The notes beneath the pieces were generated by a model, which saw nothing but the letters and a program-made list of their open reading frames with translations, ran no database searches and was not told the DNA's origin. A stretch of DNA of 64,000 nt, taken from NCBI GenBank assembly GCA_034520965.1, contig JAXHMY010000001.1, positions 480,001 to 544,000 of the forward strand, read 5' to 3'. Positions 20,289 to 30,896 of this stretch are shown here, in pieces; position 1 is the stretch's first letter; every line of letters begins with the position of its first letter. Source of the stretch: Spirochaetia bacterium (lineage in GTDB: Bacteria; Spirochaetota; Spirochaetia; DSM-16054; Sediminispirochaetaceae). The translations under genes were made by a program, and so were the position numbers.

Positions 20289-21737
20289 TGGGCCCCCTTT
20301 TGTATAGTCAAGCTAATATGAGTGCCGTTGATATTCTGTAAGGTGACCGTACCGTTCAGCTGATGCCGCACGATGTTATCAATCAGCTGCATTCCAAGTC
20401 CGCCACCGTGTTTCAACAGCACAGCTTCCGGCAAACCACAGCCGTTATCCTGATATTCCACGCAAATGTAACCACTCTCCTCACGGATATCAAGCTTAAT
20501 CTTGCGCCGGCCCTGGGTTTCAGAAAAAGCGTGCTTGAAGGCGTTGGTGAGAATCTCGTTAATCACGAGTCCCGTAGGAACTGCGGTTTCAAGATCCACC
20601 AGTACATCCTCCCCCTGGATAGCCATATACACCGCCTCTGAGGAGCCGTAAAAGGTCACGAGTAAATTCGAGGAGAGTTCCCGCACATACTCTACTAAGC
20701 CAATGCGGGCGAGCGACTGAGAAGAATAGAGCTTACTGTGAACAATCGCCATTGAAAGAATACGATTGCGTGTATCGAGCAACATTTGCTGAAAGATCGG
20801 ATTCTCTATTTGCCCGCCTTGGAGGGTAAGAAGGCTGATAATGATAGACATATTATTTTTAGTACGATGGTACACCTCACGTAAGAGAACAGCTTTTTCC
20901 TCCTCCGCATGCTTACGCTCGGTAACATCGGAACCTGAAAGGAGCAATCCTATACCTCCATTCCAGGACGCTGGCCGCGGCACATTGTGCCAACTGATAA
21001 TAAGTTTGTTTCCGTTTTTTGCTTTAAGCGCATACTCACTGTAAGCAAACTCTTCCGATACCCCGCTAAGCAGTTTTTCGAGCCCTTCCCGTACCTCTTT
21101 CGGATGAGAATCCCCGTGCAGCAGCTCTACCCATTTTGTCTCCATCAGTTCCTGCGAGGAGTAACCTATAATTAGTCGCAGCATGCTGATTGATGGTGAG
21201 AATTTCCAGATCAGCATCGAGTTCGACAATCAGCGACTCGGAGACCTCCAAATATTTCTCGGCACGGTTGCGCTCCATTTCAGTTCTAGCCCGGGAAGCC
21301 TCCAGCTCTCTGGTTCTCCTCCGCACCCGTTGCTCCAGATCCAGACTATACTGCTCCTTGAGCTCTCGCTGTCGCCGCTCTTCCAGCACTACTGCGGTCA
21401 GGAAACAAAGGTTTTGTATAAATGGAGCGTAGGGTTCGAATCGACCCTCATCAAGTACCTCAAATATAAGGGTTCCAAAATGGGTGCGGTCCATAAAGAC
21501 AGGAAAATATTTAAAACCCTCCCTGGTGTCCCCTTCCGTCTCCAATTTTTCGGTGGAAAGGCGATTTGTTACCTCCCCGACACCAGGTACTTCTTCCAGG
21601 CCCCGACATATAAATTCGAACATCGATTCTTGCTCGGTAAAACTTCCGAGCATATCTTGAAGTACCATAATTCGGGAGAGGACCTGTGCCTCAACCTCTG
21701 AAGAGGGCTTATCTTGAAAATTATGGTTACTGCTCAT
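20285..21737 (-). CDS. PAS sensor histidine kinase, HisKA_2 type (frameshift near 21175)
   Basis: LLREVYHRTKNNM, GLVINEILTNAFKHAF, YQDNGCG, GLGMQL; ORFs 21066-21737 and 20285-21229 join within the PAS domain. Confidence 0.8.
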
Positions 21738-21739
21738 TG

Positions 21740-22364
21740 CTATTCGACGAGGTTATGCTGCGATAAAAACTCTTCGGGAGGAATAAAAAACGGGTTATGA
21801 ATAACAGAACCACGAACGACCATCATCGGATGAACCTTCAGCACATCCATGATCATCGCCCCATCAAACTCAGCGGCATTGTACTGACACACAGTAGTAA
21901 TGGGTTTCTCCCTTAGCAGCATACTTACCCGAGATTCATACTCGAGCAGGCGTTCCCCCCCTTCAATCCGTCCAATATCAGCGGTCATCTCCCCTATCAC
22001 ACGTGCTCCGTGAAAACCTTTCTCATCTGCACCTTGATAGAACTCCGAAAGGAGCGCAAGCATCCGGTCAGGATCAAACCTCTCGTCCTTGTAGTAGACA
22101 TCTGAGGTGCGTTGGAGCAGAAGCGCTGTACTCCGCTCCAGCTCCTTGAGGGAAATCTTATCACCTTCTAAATAATGCTCAAGCAGCTCCCAGGTAATGT
22201 CATTCGAGAAACAGGCCGCTCTTTTCCCGCAGCTCAATCCCCTTACTTAAAAACTTCAGGAGCGCCTCATTTCGCTCGTCTTCATCGTTGTATATTTGGC
22301 AAATATGCGTACCCGGTGGAAGAGTTGTGTGGCCAAAGCCCAAATCAACGTCTTGTTTATTCAT
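21740..22364 (-). CDS. stand-alone MEDS sensory-domain protein (frameshift near 22225)
   Basis: PGTHICQIYNDEDER..F...G, RVIGEM, LLEYE, VCQYN, VLKVHP, NPFFIPPEEFL. Confidence 0.8.
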
Positions 22365-22513
22365 ATTTTCTCCTATTTTCACTATTGTGCTTAATCGGCG
22401 TAATGTCAAATATTTTACTCTTCCTGCTGTTACTATCTCCCATGAATTACTCGAATATTCTCAGCTCTGCTTGACAAAAAAGAAAAATTTGTGCATTGTC
22501 ATCTTTACCTAAA

Positions 22514-22587
22514 GGGGGCGTAGCGAAGATGGTTATCGCGCCGGCCTGTCAAGCCGGAGATCGCGGGTTCAATCCCCGTCGCTCCCG
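22514..22587 (+). tRNA. tRNA-Asp (GTC); CCA not encoded
   Basis: GGGGGCG/CGCTCCC acceptor stem, CCGGC-CTGTCAA-GCCGG anticodon arm, GGTTCAATCC T-arm; TTGACA at 22471; terminator at about 22592-22623. Confidence 0.95.
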
Positions 22588-22821
22588 CTAAAAGCCGTTC
22601 GACTTGTGTCGGACGGCTTTTTTGTTGTATGTACCACAAATTGTCTATCCCACAAATTAAACCTCCTAGAACTCCGTCCATGCCAATATAGCTGCAGAAT
22701 TTGAATTCCGATTTCTTAGATAGTATAATTAAAGTATGTATTCGTATATAAGAATTACATGTCGTCTAGTCACATTTATTGTCTGTTCAAAATAAAAAAA
22801 TATGTTTAAAAGGAGTCTATT

Positions 22822-24132
22822 ATGGCTGAAGACGAAAATCGTATTATGATGATTTCCACTCATGGGTATGTAGCTGCCGAAGCACCACTGGGAGCACCAG
22901 ATACCGGTGGTCAGGTTGTATATGTTCTCGAATTATCGAAAAAACTGGCTCAATTCGGAAACAAGGTGGACATCTGGACCCGCCGTTTTGAAGATCAGCC
23001 GGAGCTTGAAGAGGTTGATGAAAATGTACGAATCATTCGGGTGCCCTGCGGCGGTAAAGATTTTATCCCCAAGGAGTATCTAAATGAGAAAATCCCGGAG
23101 TGGGTTAAGAACGCCCTTGGATACATTAAGAAAAACAATCTGTCCTACTCCTTTGTAAACAGTCATTACTGGGATGCCGGCCTGGCCGGTCACATGCTCA
23201 GTGAAAAACTGGATATCCCGCATGTGCATACTCCCCACTCTTTGGGTACCTGGAAGAAAGAACAAATGGAGACCGACTACGCCGAGGACGCTCAGGCTTT
23301 TGAGGAAAAATACAACTTTACCAATCGTATTAAGTATGAAACTATGATTTATCGCTCCTGCGACCTTCTTATCGCCACGACCCCCGTACAGGTGGATAAA
23401 ATCGAGAGCGATTACGATGTTCCTCAAAAAAGAATTCGAATGATACCTCCGGGGTATGATGATAACCGCTTTTTTCCGGTTGGGGAATCGAGCCGGCAAG
23501 CAGTTCGAGCACAGCTTGGCTTTACAGGCCATACTGTCTTTGCAGTTTCCAGACTCGCCAACAACAAGGGGCTGGACCTTCTTATCGACAGCTTTTCCCT
23601 GCTTGCCGAACGCATGGAAGATGCCCAGCTGGTACTTGCAATAGGACATGAGGATCGCAGTGAAGGCGAGGAGGAAATATACCAGGATCTGCTTTCGCTT
23701 ATAGATAAACACAATCTAAAGGATAAGGTAACATTTATCGGGTTTATTCCCGACGAAGAGCTTCCGGACTACTACCGGGCGGCAGACCTATTTGCTCTCT
23801 CCAGCCGGTATGAACCCTTCGGTATGACCGCGATAGAAGCGATGGCCAGCGGAACCCCCTGTGTTGTTACTATTCACGGAGGCCTATGCCGGGTATTAGA
23901 ATACGGAATACATGCACAGTTTGCCGATACTTTTGATCGTGAGGATCTTGGGATTAGTATGTATCAGGCACTGAAGTATAAATCTCTGCACCGACGAATG
24001 GCGGAAAAGGGAGCTCAACGGGCCCGAGCTCGATTTACCTGGACCGGTATTGCCCAGAAACTTCTTAACGATGTAGAAAATCTCACGGATGTTACACACA
24101 TTAGCGACATAAAGCCGAAGGAACATATTTAA
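22822..24132 (+). CDS. mfpsA: GT4 mannosylfructose-phosphate synthase-like (sucrose-phosphate synthase family)
   Basis: MISTHGYVAA..PLGAPDTGGQVVYVLEL, NSHYWDAG, HTPHSLG, SSRYEPFGMTAIEAMASG; resembles Agrobacterium MfpsA as I recall it. Confidence 0.75.
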   Translation: MAEDENRIMMISTHGYVAAEAPLGAPDTGGQVVYVLELSKKLAQFGNKVDIWTRRFEDQPELEEVDENVRIIRVPCGGKDFIPKEYLNEKIPEWVKNALGYIKKNNLSYSFVNSHYWDAGLAGHMLSEKLDIPHVHTPHSLGTWKKEQMETDYAEDAQAFEEKYNFTNRIKYETMIYRSCDLLIATTPVQVDKIESDYDVPQKRIRMIPPGYDDNRFFPVGESSRQAVRAQLGFTGHTVFAVSRLANNKGLDLLIDSFSLLAERMEDAQLVLAIGHEDRSEGEEEIYQDLLSLIDKHNLKDKVTFIGFIPDEELPDYYRAADLFALSSRYEPFGMTAIEAMASGTPCVVTIHGGLCRVLEYGIHAQFADTFDREDLGISMYQALKYKSLHRRMAEKGAQRARARFTWTGIAQKLLNDVENLTDVTHISDIKPKEHI

Positions 24133-24171
24133 GGCCCATATCTAAGAAATAGGCGCGAGGAGAGCCCACGC

Positions 24172-26249
24172 ATGAGCGAACAGATTAAATTATTCTCATC
24201 CGATTTAGACGGTACACTGCTGGGTAAGCCGGATGCCACATTGGCATTTCACCATACTTGGAACAAGCTACGGGAAACCTCCGATCCATCTCCGGCGCCG
24301 GTCTTGGTATACAACTCGGGAAGGCTGCTGCCGCACACTTTAGAAGTAATGAAGGCCAGCCATCTGCCGGACCCTGACTACCTAATATGCGGGGTTGGAA
24401 CAATTATATTTGATTATAAAAAGCGGGAGTATATCAAAGTCTTTGCCGATACACTGAACACCGGATGGGACCGCGAGCTTGTGCAGCATGTGATGCACTC
24501 CTTTTCGAATATTGAAGAACAGCCAAAAAAATACCAAAATAAGTTTAAATCCAGTTGGTACATCCACGACGCTCCTTCGGAGAGAATAGAGGAGATCCGG
24601 AAAGCTTTGGAGGATGAAGGTTTATCCGTAAATGTTATTTATTCCTCCAGTCGAGATTTAGATATTCTGCCCCAATATGCAAATAAGGGAAATGCACTCA
24701 ATTGGCTGCTTCACTGGCTTGGAATATCTTCGAGTGAAACCCTTGTAGCCGGAGATACCGGGAACGATAATTCGATGTTCCAGATCCGTAATATTAAAGG
24801 TATTATCGTCGAGAACGCCCAGCCGGAGCTCTTTCTTGAGACCATCGAAAAACCTACCTATTCAGCCACCAAGCCCTTTGCGGACGGGGTGCTGGAAGGT
24901 CTCATGCATTTCGGAGTGATCTCAAGAATCGAAGATGTCAGTAGTGAAGAGCTCAGCCATAAAAACTTTGACCCGCAACTCCATAATTTAGTTCGGTCGG
25001 AGTCTTTTAAGCACTCTCTTCCGATCAAATTGAGCTTATCAATACCGCCTACGATGAGGCCTTGAAGGCCCTGCGTAAAAACATCACCCCCTACGGTTTC
25101 TCTGCGTGCAGCTTGTCGGATAACACCTTTAAGTCTACCGACGAAAATTACCGCAGTGTATGGGCCCGTGACGGGGCAATAACCGTCATGCAATCTCTGT
25201 CGGTGGAAGACGAAGATATTCGGGAGTGCCAGCGGGCCACCTTGGCGACCCTCTTGGAACATATCTCTCCGCGCGGCCAGGTACCCAGTAATGTACGCAT
25301 AGACACACAGATGCCGGATTACTCGGGTGTAGGCGAAATTGCCTCTATCGACGGGGGGCTCTGGTTGGTGATTGCATTTTATCATTATGTTCGGCAAACC
25401 CGGGACTACCAGTTTCTCCGCATCTGGGCGAACGAAATTACGCTGGCCATGAACTGGCTCGAGGCCCACGACAGCAATAACGATTCTTTGCTGGAAATTC
25501 CCGAAGCCGGCGACTGGATGGATCTGTTCGGCCGCAGTTACAACGTCCTCTACGATGAAGTCTTGTGGTACTATGCCAATCTTACCCATGGGAGAATTGC
25601 AGAGCTGTTAGGGGATTTTGGCCTTTCCAGCTACCGTTTGCGATTAGCTCAAAGCATCAAGGAGGCAATCAATCGTAAGTTCTGGCCTTCGATTCATAGC
25701 GAGAATATCCGCAAATTTTCCGAGCAGCAGTACACCCTGGGCGACACCCATTATCTGCTGGCGGAAATTACTCCCTTTGGCTTTGACTGGCGCTGTGATG
25801 TGTACGGTAATCTCTTGGCGGCATTGTTTAACGTACTAAGTATGGACCGGGCCAAGATGGCCTTTAACTTCATGTGGGGGGTCGGGGCCAACGAACCTGC
25901 TCCGGTAGTGAACTTGTATCCCCCCGTTTTATCGGGAGACCCGCAGTGGCGTCCTTATTATACGGTTAATCTGCTAAATCTGCCCGATCATTATCATAAC
26001 GGCGGGGTGTGGCCGTTCATTGGCGCGTACTGGGTTATGTTCATCAGCCGGCTGGGTCTGCGCGATTTAGCGCAGCAGGAGCTATACCGTTTGGCCCTTG
26101 TAAACCAACAGGGGATTGAATCCGACTGGGAATTTAACGAGTGGGTGCATGGAAAAACCGGTCGCCCGATGGGCAAACGCTATCAAGCCTGGTCGGCAGC
26201 CGGATTCATCGGAGCCTACTACAACCTGCAAATAGAATTGATCGGCTAA
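24172..26249 (+). CDS. HAD-IIB sugar-phosphate phosphatase fused to an invertase-like (GH100-like) hydrolase; frameshift near 25015
   Basis: SDLDGTLL, NKGNAL, AGDTGND; then VWARDG, YHNGGVWPF, QAWSAAG; adding one C at ~25015 fuses ORFs 24172-25065 and 25062-26249. Confidence 0.75.
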
Positions 26250-28489
26250 TTCCGCATTACGGCGGTATGCGACGCAGCGCGAATAATACGCAGTGAGTTC
26301 GCTACCGCCAGCAAGGCCACCCCAACATCGGCAAACACCGCCGCCCACATACTTGCCGCGCCGGCTATCCCAAGGAGCATCACAACTACCTTCACTGTCA
26401 GGGCGCCGACAATATTCTGCATTACAATTCGCCGAGTATAACCGGCAATACGAAATCCCTGGGCCAGCGTAGCCAAATCATCGTTCATTAACACAATATC
26501 CGCCGCTTCGACAGCAGCATCCGAGCCAAGCCCACCCATCGCAACACCTACATCGGCGCCGGCTAATACGGGTGCATCGTTTATACCATCCCCGACAAAC
26601 ATAACTGAATACTGACCGTTTGCCTCAGCCTTTAGCAATTCGAGGCTGCGCAGCTTGTCTTCCGGGAGCAGACGCGAGTAATAGCGATGGATGCCCGCCT
26701 CTTGGGCAATACGTTTAGCTGTGGTTGCATCATCGCCGGTCAGCATTACGGTGTCCTCTACTCCAAGTTCGTACAATTCCTGTAGTGCCCTGGGGGTCTC
26801 CGGTTTTAATTCATCGGTGATATTGATGTATCCCATATAATTGTTATCCACGGCTACATACACCACAGTCCCCTCCGCATCACAGTCCTCGTGGGGAATC
26901 TGTTCCTGATGCATCAAACGATCGCTGCCGACTGCCACTTGCAAACCGTCTATTCTGCAGAGCATGCCGCGGCCTTTCAGTTCTCTGCTCTCTGATGTAG
27001 CGGCACCTATAGTGTAATCTTCTATATAGGAAGCCTCTTTAGCGGGTATCTCCTGCGAGCTTTCTTCCGCAGCTTCAGCATATTCAGAATAAGCTTGGCG
27101 GATAGCCGTTGCCACGGGGTGCCCCGATTGTCGCTCCCCTGCAGCCGCCCAGCTAAGCAGTCCGCCCTGGCTATAGCCGTTGCGTGGAACAATTTCCGTC
27201 ACCTTGAAGTTACCCTTGGTTACGGTGCCTGTTTTATCGAAGGCTACAGTTTTTACCTTCAATAGACGGTCCAGATACTCGGCTCCCTTCACCAGCAATC
27301 CGGCTCGGGCGGCGGCACCCACTCCGCCAAAATAGCCTAAAGGCACTGATATGACCAACGCACAGGGACATGAAATTACCAGTAGTACCAAAGCCCGATA
27401 CCCCCACACTGATAGGGTTTGCCCGGCAAAAAACAGCGGCGGAACAAGGGCGACCAGAACTGCCGAAATTACCACTATCGGAGTATAATATCGAGCAAAA
27501 CGGGTAATAAAGCGCTCGGTAGGAGCCTTCCGGCCGGCAGCATCTTCAACCATGTGCATCACACGGGCCACGGCAGAGTCATCAGCCAATTTGCCTGCCC
27601 TCAGCCTCAACGAACCTTCTCCATTGACAAATCCGCCCAAAACTTCATCACCCTGGACAACTGATCTGGGAACCGACTCGCCGGTAAGTGCGGAGGTATC
27701 AACGTAGGAGCTTCCCCTTGTTACATGTCCGTCAACCGGAATCTGCTCGCCCGCATAGACCTCTATTTCATCCCCTATGCGGATATCATCTAGATCTACT
27801 TCACGGGGGACCCCATCGGCGGTGATTTTCCGCGCTGTAGTAGGCCTCATATCCAGCAGGGCAGAAATTGAACTGCGCGATTTATCTACCGCCCGGTCCT
27901 GAAAATAATCTCCGATTGTGTAAAAAAGCATCACCCCAACCGCCTCAGGAATCTCGCCAATGGCTATCGCTCCAAAGGTAGCAACTGTCATAAGAAAGTT
28001 CTCATCAAAAACCTTACCATGAAAAATATTTCCTAGGGCAGCGCCGATTACCTTGTACCCCATCAGCAGATATGCCGCTCCAAAGACACCGTACCTTAGG
28101 GTTTTTGAGAGGATCTCCGAAAGTTCTTCCAAGAGCAAAAATTCTCCGAGAATCAGACCGAAGGCAAACAGGAGTATCGAAATAAAAATTCGGTTTTTCG
28201 TCTTTTGAAAAAAGTCTGCTTTTTCTTCAACTTGAGGGACAGAAGTTTTTCGCTGGGAGCCTTTCATTCTTACCTGGGGCTCGGTTTTCCTTATAACCTC
28301 TTCTACTTCAGCCTCATAACCGGCATCGAACTCTATCGATTTTGACACAAAGTTTACATTTACCCGAGAAATACCGGGTATCTTGGCCACATGATTTTCG
28401 ATGGCTGCGGCACACTGGGCACAATCAAGCCCATCCAGGTTGTATTTCTTTGTAACTCCAGTACTGTTTTGCAGCTTCTCTTCCGACAT
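26246..28489 (-). CDS. cadA: heavy-metal P1B ATPase (CadA/ZntA type)
   Basis: GLDCAQC metal-binding domain, TGES, SCPCAL, FDKTGT, GDGINDAP. Confidence 0.92.
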   Translation of the reverse strand: MSEEKLQNSTGVTKKYNLDGLDCAQCAAAIENHVAKIPGISRVNVNFVSKSIEFDAGYEAEVEEVIRKTEPQVRMKGSQRKTSVPQVEEKADFFQKTKNRIFISILLFAFGLILGEFLLLEELSEILSKTLRYGVFGAAYLLMGYKVIGAALGNIFHGKVFDENFLMTVATFGAIAIGEIPEAVGVMLFYTIGDYFQDRAVDKSRSSISALLDMRPTTARKITADGVPREVDLDDIRIGDEIEVYAGEQIPVDGHVTRGSSYVDTSALTGESVPRSVVQGDEVLGGFVNGEGSLRLRAGKLADDSAVARVMHMVEDAAGRKAPTERFITRFARYYTPIVVISAVLVALVPPLFFAGQTLSVWGYRALVLLVISCPCALVISVPLGYFGGVGAAARAGLLVKGAEYLDRLLKVKTVAFDKTGTVTKGNFKVTEIVPRNGYSQGGLLSWAAAGERQSGHPVATAIRQAYSEYAEAAEESSQEIPAKEASYIEDYTIGAATSESRELKGRGMLCRIDGLQVAVGSDRLMHQEQIPHEDCDAEGTVVYVAVDNNYMGYINITDELKPETPRALQELYELGVEDTVMLTGDDATTAKRIAQEAGIHRYYSRLLPEDKLRSLELLKAEANGQYSVMFVGDGINDAPVLAGADVGVAMGGLGSDAAVEAADIVLMNDDLATLAQGFRIAGYTRRIVMQNIVGALTVKVVVMLLGIAGAASMWAAVFADVGVALLAVANSLRIIRAASHTAVMRN

Positions 28490-28494
28490 AATAC

Positions 28495-28845
28495 TTACTT
28501 TGCCTCCGAAAAATGTTCCTGCGCCACTTTTATCAGCTGGACTATATGTTCATCATCCAAACTGTAGTAGGCCTGTTTTCCCTGACGCCTATATTTAACC
28601 AGCCGCATCGTACGTAAAAGTCGGAGATGATGGGACACCGCCGGCAGAGTCATACCAAGTATATCCGCAATGTCACACACACAGAGCTCTTCATCGGCTA
28701 AGAGATAGAGGATTTTAGTCCGGGTTTCGTCACTGAGGGCTTTAAATAGTTCCGAGACACCGGCTACCTCCAGCAGCAGCTCCTGATAGCGGGGATCCTC
28801 ATGATTGTAGCCTGGGCTAAAACTTTCGCACACATCTCCACTCAT
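28495..28845 (-). CDS. ArsR/SmtB (CadC-like) metal-responsive repressor
   Basis: FKALSDETR..IL, ELCVCDIA, AVSHHLRLL; AAGGAG before ATG 28845. Confidence 0.9.
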   Translation of the reverse strand: MSGDVCESFSPGYNHEDPRYQELLLEVAGVSELFKALSDETRTKILYLLADEELCVCDIADILGMTLPAVSHHLRLLRTMRLVKYRRQGKQAYYSLDDEHIVQLIKVAQEHFSEAK

Positions 28846-28876
28846 TTTCCAACTCCTTGATTTCCGTCTTAATAAC

Positions 28877-28896
28877 AATTAAGCAACCGTTTAATT
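28877..28896. promoter_or_regulatory. probable ArsR/SmtB operator
   Basis: AATTAAGC-AACC-GTTTAATT imperfect inverted repeat just upstream of the repressor gene. Confidence 0.55.
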
Positions 28897-29082
28897 AAAG
28901 GTATCATAAACTACACAGCTCTTCAACAAAAATTCAACTTTTTCAAATAAATCTTACTTTGACATTAACCTGCGGATAATTGATAGGCGGGGCAGCTCTT
29001 TGCTAAAGTTTGCCCGCTTCGCTGGGCAAATAAAAACCGCCCATTTCTGGGCGGTCAACAATCTAAAGATTATTTACGTGGT

Positions 29083-29952
29083 TTACGGAATCCACTTCTT
29101 TACAATGTCCATGTTGTCGTTCATCCATTGACGTGCACCAGCTTCCGCACTAGAAGCTTCGTTAACGGTAACTATAAGATCACCTAACTGTGCCTCGGTA
29201 AAGAAGTAGTTACTCAGAAATTGTGCAAGTTCGGGTTTTTCGGTCATAATGTTTTTACGACCCATAATGTGGATATTTCCAGAACCCCATACCTTATCCT
29301 TGTCCTGCTCGAGGAACCTGAGGTCCCAGCGTCCGAACATGGAGTGAGGAGTCCAGCCGGTTACCACAATAGGATCCTCGTTAGTGATAGCTTCCTGAAG
29401 GGCAGCCATCATAGCAGGACCGCTGGAGGCCATAAGGCTTACATCGAGGTCATAGAGTTCTATTACCTCTTCGGTTGTCTGCATAACTCCTGCACCTGCA
29501 TCGATTCCGGTAATTTTCCCGCCAAGTTCGTCTGCGATGTCGTTGATCTCAGAGATGGTGGTAATATTCATATAATCGGGTACTACCAGTCCACTCTGGG
29601 TACCTTCAAACACGTATCCGAGGTCGGTAATATCTTCACGATACTGCTCTACGTAATCCTTATGAAGTACCGGCAGCCACGTTTCCATAAATGCATCCTG
29701 GTCGCCCTGGGCAACCGAGGTATACGCAGGACCAGCGTCCGCGGCGGTTATCTCCACCTCATATCCCATCTGATCTTCTAAAACAACCATTGCCAAGTGA
29801 GTGTATGCAACACCCTCTTCCCAGTTTACATAAACCAGGTTAGCAGTTTTCTGCGGCTCAGCTCCTTCTTCCTGCTGGCCTTCAGCAAATACTGCTGTGC
29901 TTGCCACCATCAAAATGACGGCAAAAATGAAAAGTTTCTTTGTAATTTTCAT
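29083..29952 (-). CDS. proX: glycine betaine ABC transporter, substrate-binding protein
   Basis: YVNWEEG, ETWLP, GIDAGAG, VTGWTPH. Confidence 0.88.
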   Translation of the reverse strand: MKITKKLFIFAVILMVASTAVFAEGQQEEGAEPQKTANLVYVNWEEGVAYTHLAMVVLEDQMGYEVEITAADAGPAYTSVAQGDQDAFMETWLPVLHKDYVEQYREDITDLGYVFEGTQSGLVVPDYMNITTISEINDIADELGGKITGIDAGAGVMQTTEEVIELYDLDVSLMASSGPAMMAALQEAITNEDPIVVTGWTPHSMFGRWDLRFLEQDKDKVWGSGNIHIMGRKNIMTEKPELAQFLSNYFFTEAQLGDLIVTVNEASSAEAGARQWMNDNMDIVKKWIP

Positions 29953-30039
29953 ATCTCCTCCTTAAAGGTTTAAAAATTATATCTATCTTCTGCCGCATAA
30001 ATACTTATGCGACTGAACTACATTAACAATGCAGGACTC

Positions 30040-30894
30040 TTATTCTTCCTGCTGCTGACTTGCAACACCCAGGGCCTGAGTTACACGGTCTAGAAAGATT
30101 GCCAAGATTACAATTGCAATTCCGCTTTCAAAGCCAAGGTCAATCTTTAACTGAGTAATACCCTTCAGAACCTCGTTCCCAAGACCACCTGCACCAATCA
30201 TACCGGCAATAACCACCATAGAGAGGGCCAGCATAATAGTCTGGTTAACTCCAGCCATAATGGTCGGTATCGCTACCGGAATTTCTGCTTTTAGCAACAT
30301 CTGCCGGTTACTTGCACCAAAGGCTATCGAAGCTTCTTTTATCTCCTTCGGTACCTGTCGAATCCCTAGGTTTGTCAATCGGACTGAAGGGGGCATTGAA
30401 AAGATGAGTGTTGCGACAACACCGGGTACCGGGCCAAGGCGGAAGAAAAGTACCGCCGGAATCAAGTAGACAAAAGCCGGCAGGGTCTGCATAAAGTCAA
30501 GAATAGGCCTTACAATGGCTTCGACCGTATCTTTTTTAGATGCCCAAATTCCAATTGGAATGGCTATCAGGATAGCGATAAACACCGAGGTAATTACCAA
30601 GGCCAGAGTTTCCATGGTCGCTTCCCACAAATTCATGGCATAAATTAAAAAGAAGCCGACCAGGGTAAAAATTCCCACTCCTTTCTTTGCAACCCACCAG
30701 GCGATAGCGGCAAACAGCGCTATCATGATAAACGCGTGGGGAAACATCAGTACATTAAAGAAACCGGTCAGCAGGCTGTCGATTACATTGGCAATTATAT
30801 CAAAGACTGCGCCTAGGTTCTCAGTTAGCCAGTCAATAACCGCCTCAAAGACACCCCCAATATCAAATATTTTATGTAAAGTTACACTATCCAT
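30040..30894 (-). CDS. proW: glycine betaine ABC transporter permease
   Basis: LDFMQTLPAFVYLIP, GVNQTIMLALSMVVIA. Confidence 0.92.
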   Translation of the reverse strand: MDSVTLHKIFDIGGVFEAVIDWLTENLGAVFDIIANVIDSLLTGFFNVLMFPHAFIMIALFAAIAWWVAKKGVGIFTLVGFFLIYAMNLWEATMETLALVITSVFIAILIAIPIGIWASKKDTVEAIVRPILDFMQTLPAFVYLIPAVLFFRLGPVPGVVATLIFSMPPSVRLTNLGIRQVPKEIKEASIAFGASNRQMLLKAEIPVAIPTIMAGVNQTIMLALSMVVIAGMIGAGGLGNEVLKGITQLKIDLGFESGIAIVILAIFLDRVTQALGVASQQQEE

Positions 30895-30896
30895 TT

